19,198 nucleotides of DNA from an uncultured cyanobacterium (GTDB lineage Bacteria; Cyanobacteriota; Cyanobacteriia; Cyanobacteriales; CAWUOF01), in assembly GCA_963744145.1 (NCBI GenBank), contig CAVUSO010000002.1, forward strand, positions 1 to 19,198, written 5' to 3'. The number at the start of each line of letters is the position of its first letter. Positions within the stretch are counted from its first letter, which is position 1. Positions 16,871-19,198 of the stretch are shown piece after piece. Position numbers and translations under genes: made by a program. Under the pieces are notes generated by a model. It was not told where the DNA came from and searched no databases. It worked only from the letters and a program-made list of their open reading frames with translations.

Positions 16871-18265
16871 CTACTCTAAAAGACTCTCGGTTATTTCATT
16901 TAATGCTTGAGTTTTTATCAAACCAGGTTTTCTCTGTCTCACCTGCTGACGAATATTATATGCTGCATCTCTAGCTTTTGAGTGGTGAGCAGATTCTGCA
17001 TCTGATTTGTCCACTACGCGAGTATCCTCAAATACTGGAAATTGGATGCTTTGACTATCTGTAGTGGTGATTTCTATTAATTCGAGGTAAATTTCTTTTC
17101 TCTTATTTGTACCTACATTAGACGAAGATATTTCTTTATGTTTGATCGAGACAATACTGTCGTATAAATACTCGCAAGTTTCATCATCTAAAGAAGTTCC
17201 CTTAATAAAATTATACTTACATCTATAATAGGCTATGAAATTTTTGCATGGATAAATAGCGATGAAATCATATATGCTATATTTGAGTTTACGATCAAGT
17301 CCTTTTTCGCAAAAATAGTCACTACCTACTGCAATCAGAATCTTTTTAAATGCGTCAATGATATTACTAATCTCTTTTTTATCTGCAATATTTACTCCAG
17401 TTAATAAAACTATGGGTTCTCCATCCAGAATATTTTCAACATCCTTTCCTTCCGATTCCCCAATATTTAATTCTATTTTGCCGATTTTAATAAGTTCTTG
17501 ACGGTCATATAAAACCCATTTCCGAATTTGCTCATCTGTTACTGGCGGTTCTGGCAAGGTAGGTGAACGGGAAATAGTATTGTTATAGAGTATAATCGCC
17601 AAAATAATCACAAAAACACTCAATCCGATGTGAATCATCAATGAGATCAGTAATGCGCCAAGAAAAATATAAACCCAAATTCCCTCTTTTGGGCTTCGCT
17701 GCTCGTTAATAGATGCAATCCAGTCATCAATAACTTGTTTTCCTACAGGTACATCTATTGGTTGAGCCTCATTACGTTTTTTTAAACACTCAAAATATTC
17801 TCGAATTAGTTTTCGATCGGGTTGTTCGGAAAAGGTGATCGGCGTTGGTGAATACAGCTTGACAGAATAACCTGGTTGAGGTGCAGGTGCAGGTGGAGTT
17901 TGATAATAGGTTGGCGATCCTGTCTGTGGTTGATAGGTATTAGGTTGACTTTCTCCTGGCGTTATTACTGATGGCGTCACTATTAAAAAAATTCCATTAG
18001 CAAGAGCAATGCGTGTTTGATATTTAATAGGATAATCATTAATTTGTTGATTATTAACAAAAGTACCAGTGCTGCTACCTAAATCTATCGCGTGCCAAGT
18101 TTGGCTAAATTGCTCAAAACTTAATTTCAAATGCTGGTTAGCAACAACATTTACATAAGGTAAAGAAATATCACAATCCGAGCCACTACCAATAATATAC
18201 TCGCGGTTGGGTTTGAGGGTGTAGCTTTGACCTGTTTGTTCGATAACTAGCTTCAGTTCATTCAT
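16871..18265 (-). CDS. FHA-domain membrane protein 2
   Basis: First 98 aa differ from FHA protein 1 at 9 positions; P/Q/T linker; hydrophobic segment IWVYIFLGALLISLMIHIGLSVFVIILAIILY; C-terminus unrelated to FHA protein 1. Confidence 0.88.
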   Translation of the reverse strand: MNELKLVIEQTGQSYTLKPNREYIIGSGSDCDISLPYVNVVANQHLKLSFEQFSQTWHAIDLGSSTGTFVNNQQINDYPIKYQTRIALANGIFLIVTPSVITPGESQPNTYQPQTGSPTYYQTPPAPAPQPGYSVKLYSPTPITFSEQPDRKLIREYFECLKKRNEAQPIDVPVGKQVIDDWIASINEQRSPKEGIWVYIFLGALLISLMIHIGLSVFVIILAIILYNNTISRSPTLPEPPVTDEQIRKWVLYDRQELIKIGKIELNIGESEGKDVENILDGEPIVLLTGVNIADKKEISNIIDAFKKILIAVGSDYFCEKGLDRKLKYSIYDFIAIYPCKNFIAYYRCKYNFIKGTSLDDETCEYLYDSIVSIKHKEISSSNVGTNKRKEIYLELIEITTTDSQSIQFPVFEDTRVVDKSDAESAHHSKARDAAYNIRQQVRQRKPGLIKTQALNEITESLLE

Positions 18266-18471
18266 GTGCTTGAAAAAGGTAAATTTTTATTGCCTGGATG
18301 TGAAACATGAAAATGCTACCATCGAACCTGAGCGGAACTATGAATCAGCGATCGATGTCTACTGAGTGATTAATTAAGTGTATAGTGCCACGTTTTAAAA
18401 GCAAATATTTGGATCATCTGATTAAGTTAAATTTTCCTAAAGAAGTAATTTTATTGACCAAAGAGCAAGAT
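18266..18471 (-). promoter_or_regulatory. Conserved leader/promoter copy 3
   Basis: Highly similar to 11061-11267; TGGTAGCAT extended -10-like; GTA-N8-GAC at 18445-18458. Confidence 0.65.
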
Positions 18472-18503
18472 CACTAGGACAGTCATCTTGTCTGTCCAGC
18501 TCT

Positions 18504-18680
18504 CAATACGGTTCGTTTAAGGATATTTTAGGAGATATCGACGAAGAAGGGCGAAGCATTCGGGTCTAATATTACTCGTTTGAGTGTTCAATTGTCGCCC
18601 GAATGCTATGCCTCCGGCACGCTACGCGTTCGCACAGCGTGCCGTAGGCAAACGCCCCTACACTTAACCGAACCGTATTG
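18504..18680. mobile_element. MITE family A, copy 3, with a 10-bp target-site duplication
   Basis: Ends CAATACGGTTCG / CGAACCGTATTG; GTCCAGCTCT at 18494-18503 and 18681-18690; extra hairpin at ~18607-18651. Confidence 0.88.
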
Positions 18681-18724
18681 GTCCAGCTCTTGTCTGTCCC
18701 ATAAATTGCTCAACCTGACCTTGT

Positions 18725-18766
18725 GTTGAGTGTACCCTGAGCGAAGTCGAAGGGTGTAGTCGAAAC
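18725..18766. repeat. Nested small dispersed repeat
   Basis: GTTGAG-TGTA-[CCCTGAGCGAAGTCGAAGGG]-TGTA-GTCGAAAC; reverse complement of the 15058 repeat family. Confidence 0.7.
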
Positions 18767-18842
18767 ATTTTGCAAGAGGTCTGATCTAATCGGGTTGCCA
18801 AAGGTGTTTTTATGCAATTTCCATCAATTTTGTAATAAATCT

Positions 18843-18955
18843 GGCGTTGCTGATTTACGGTATGAATAAATAATTTGTAGGGGCGCATGGCCATGCGCCC
18901 TGGGCGTATGGCCATACGCCCCTACAGGATTTTCATACCCTGATTAAGCAACGCC
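18843..18955. mobile_element. MITE family B, copy 1 (113 bp)
   Basis: 24-bp imperfect TIRs GGCGTTGCTGATTTACGGTATGAA / TTCATACCCTGATTAAGCAACGCC; 8-bp TSD ATAAATCT; two internal REP palindromes. Confidence 0.92.
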
Positions 18956-19071
18956 ATAAATCTTTATATTGGGGCTGGGTGAAAGTGAGAAGATTATATA
19001 TGTGCTACTATTTTGAGCGATAAAGAACAATCTCAATTATCCTTATTATCAACTAACAAGTTTAACTGAAC

Positions 19072-19185
19072 GGCGTTGCTGATTTACGGTATGAATAAAT
19101 AATTTGTAGGGGCGTATGGCTTTTGCGCCCAGGGCGCATGGCCATGCGCCCCTACAGGATTTTCATACCCTGATTAAGCAACGCC
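19072..19185. mobile_element. MITE family B, copy 2 (114 bp)
   Basis: Same TIRs as copy 1; different 8-bp TSD AACTGAAC. Confidence 0.92.
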
Positions 19186-19198
19186 AACTGAACTAGAT

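Noticed and set aside
18664..18915. 83-aa minus-strand ORF
   Set aside because: Made largely of MITE, REP and small-repeat sequence
18843..19185. Possible CRISPR array
   Set aside because: Only two ~113-bp units with TIRs and TSDs; no repeat-spacer periodicity and no cas genes

Overview
AT-rich cyanobacterial DNA, with many HIP1 GCGATCGC octamers and REP/SDR-type repeats. The core is a gene cluster with: a 1033-aa HerA/FtsK-superfamily P-loop ATPase; three membrane-anchored Ser/Thr kinase-like proteins that all lack catalytic motifs and carry different C-terminal domains; two membrane proteins with a near-identical N-terminal FHA domain that lacks the phospho-Thr-binding residues; a TPR protein; an M15B D,D-carboxypeptidase; and a caspase-like protease. 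A ~200-bp leader occurs three times: before both FHA genes, and before a 19-codon FHA stub followed by an AbrB-VapC pair. Three genes in the 7.9-11.1 kb operon carry nonsense or frameshift lesions. Interspersed are two PIN-toxin TA pairs, an orphan Doc-partner-like antitoxin, two Uma2 nucleases (one with an in-frame REP palindrome), and several MITE families with target-site duplications and nested small repeats. Family calls come from motif recognition only; no database searches were run.
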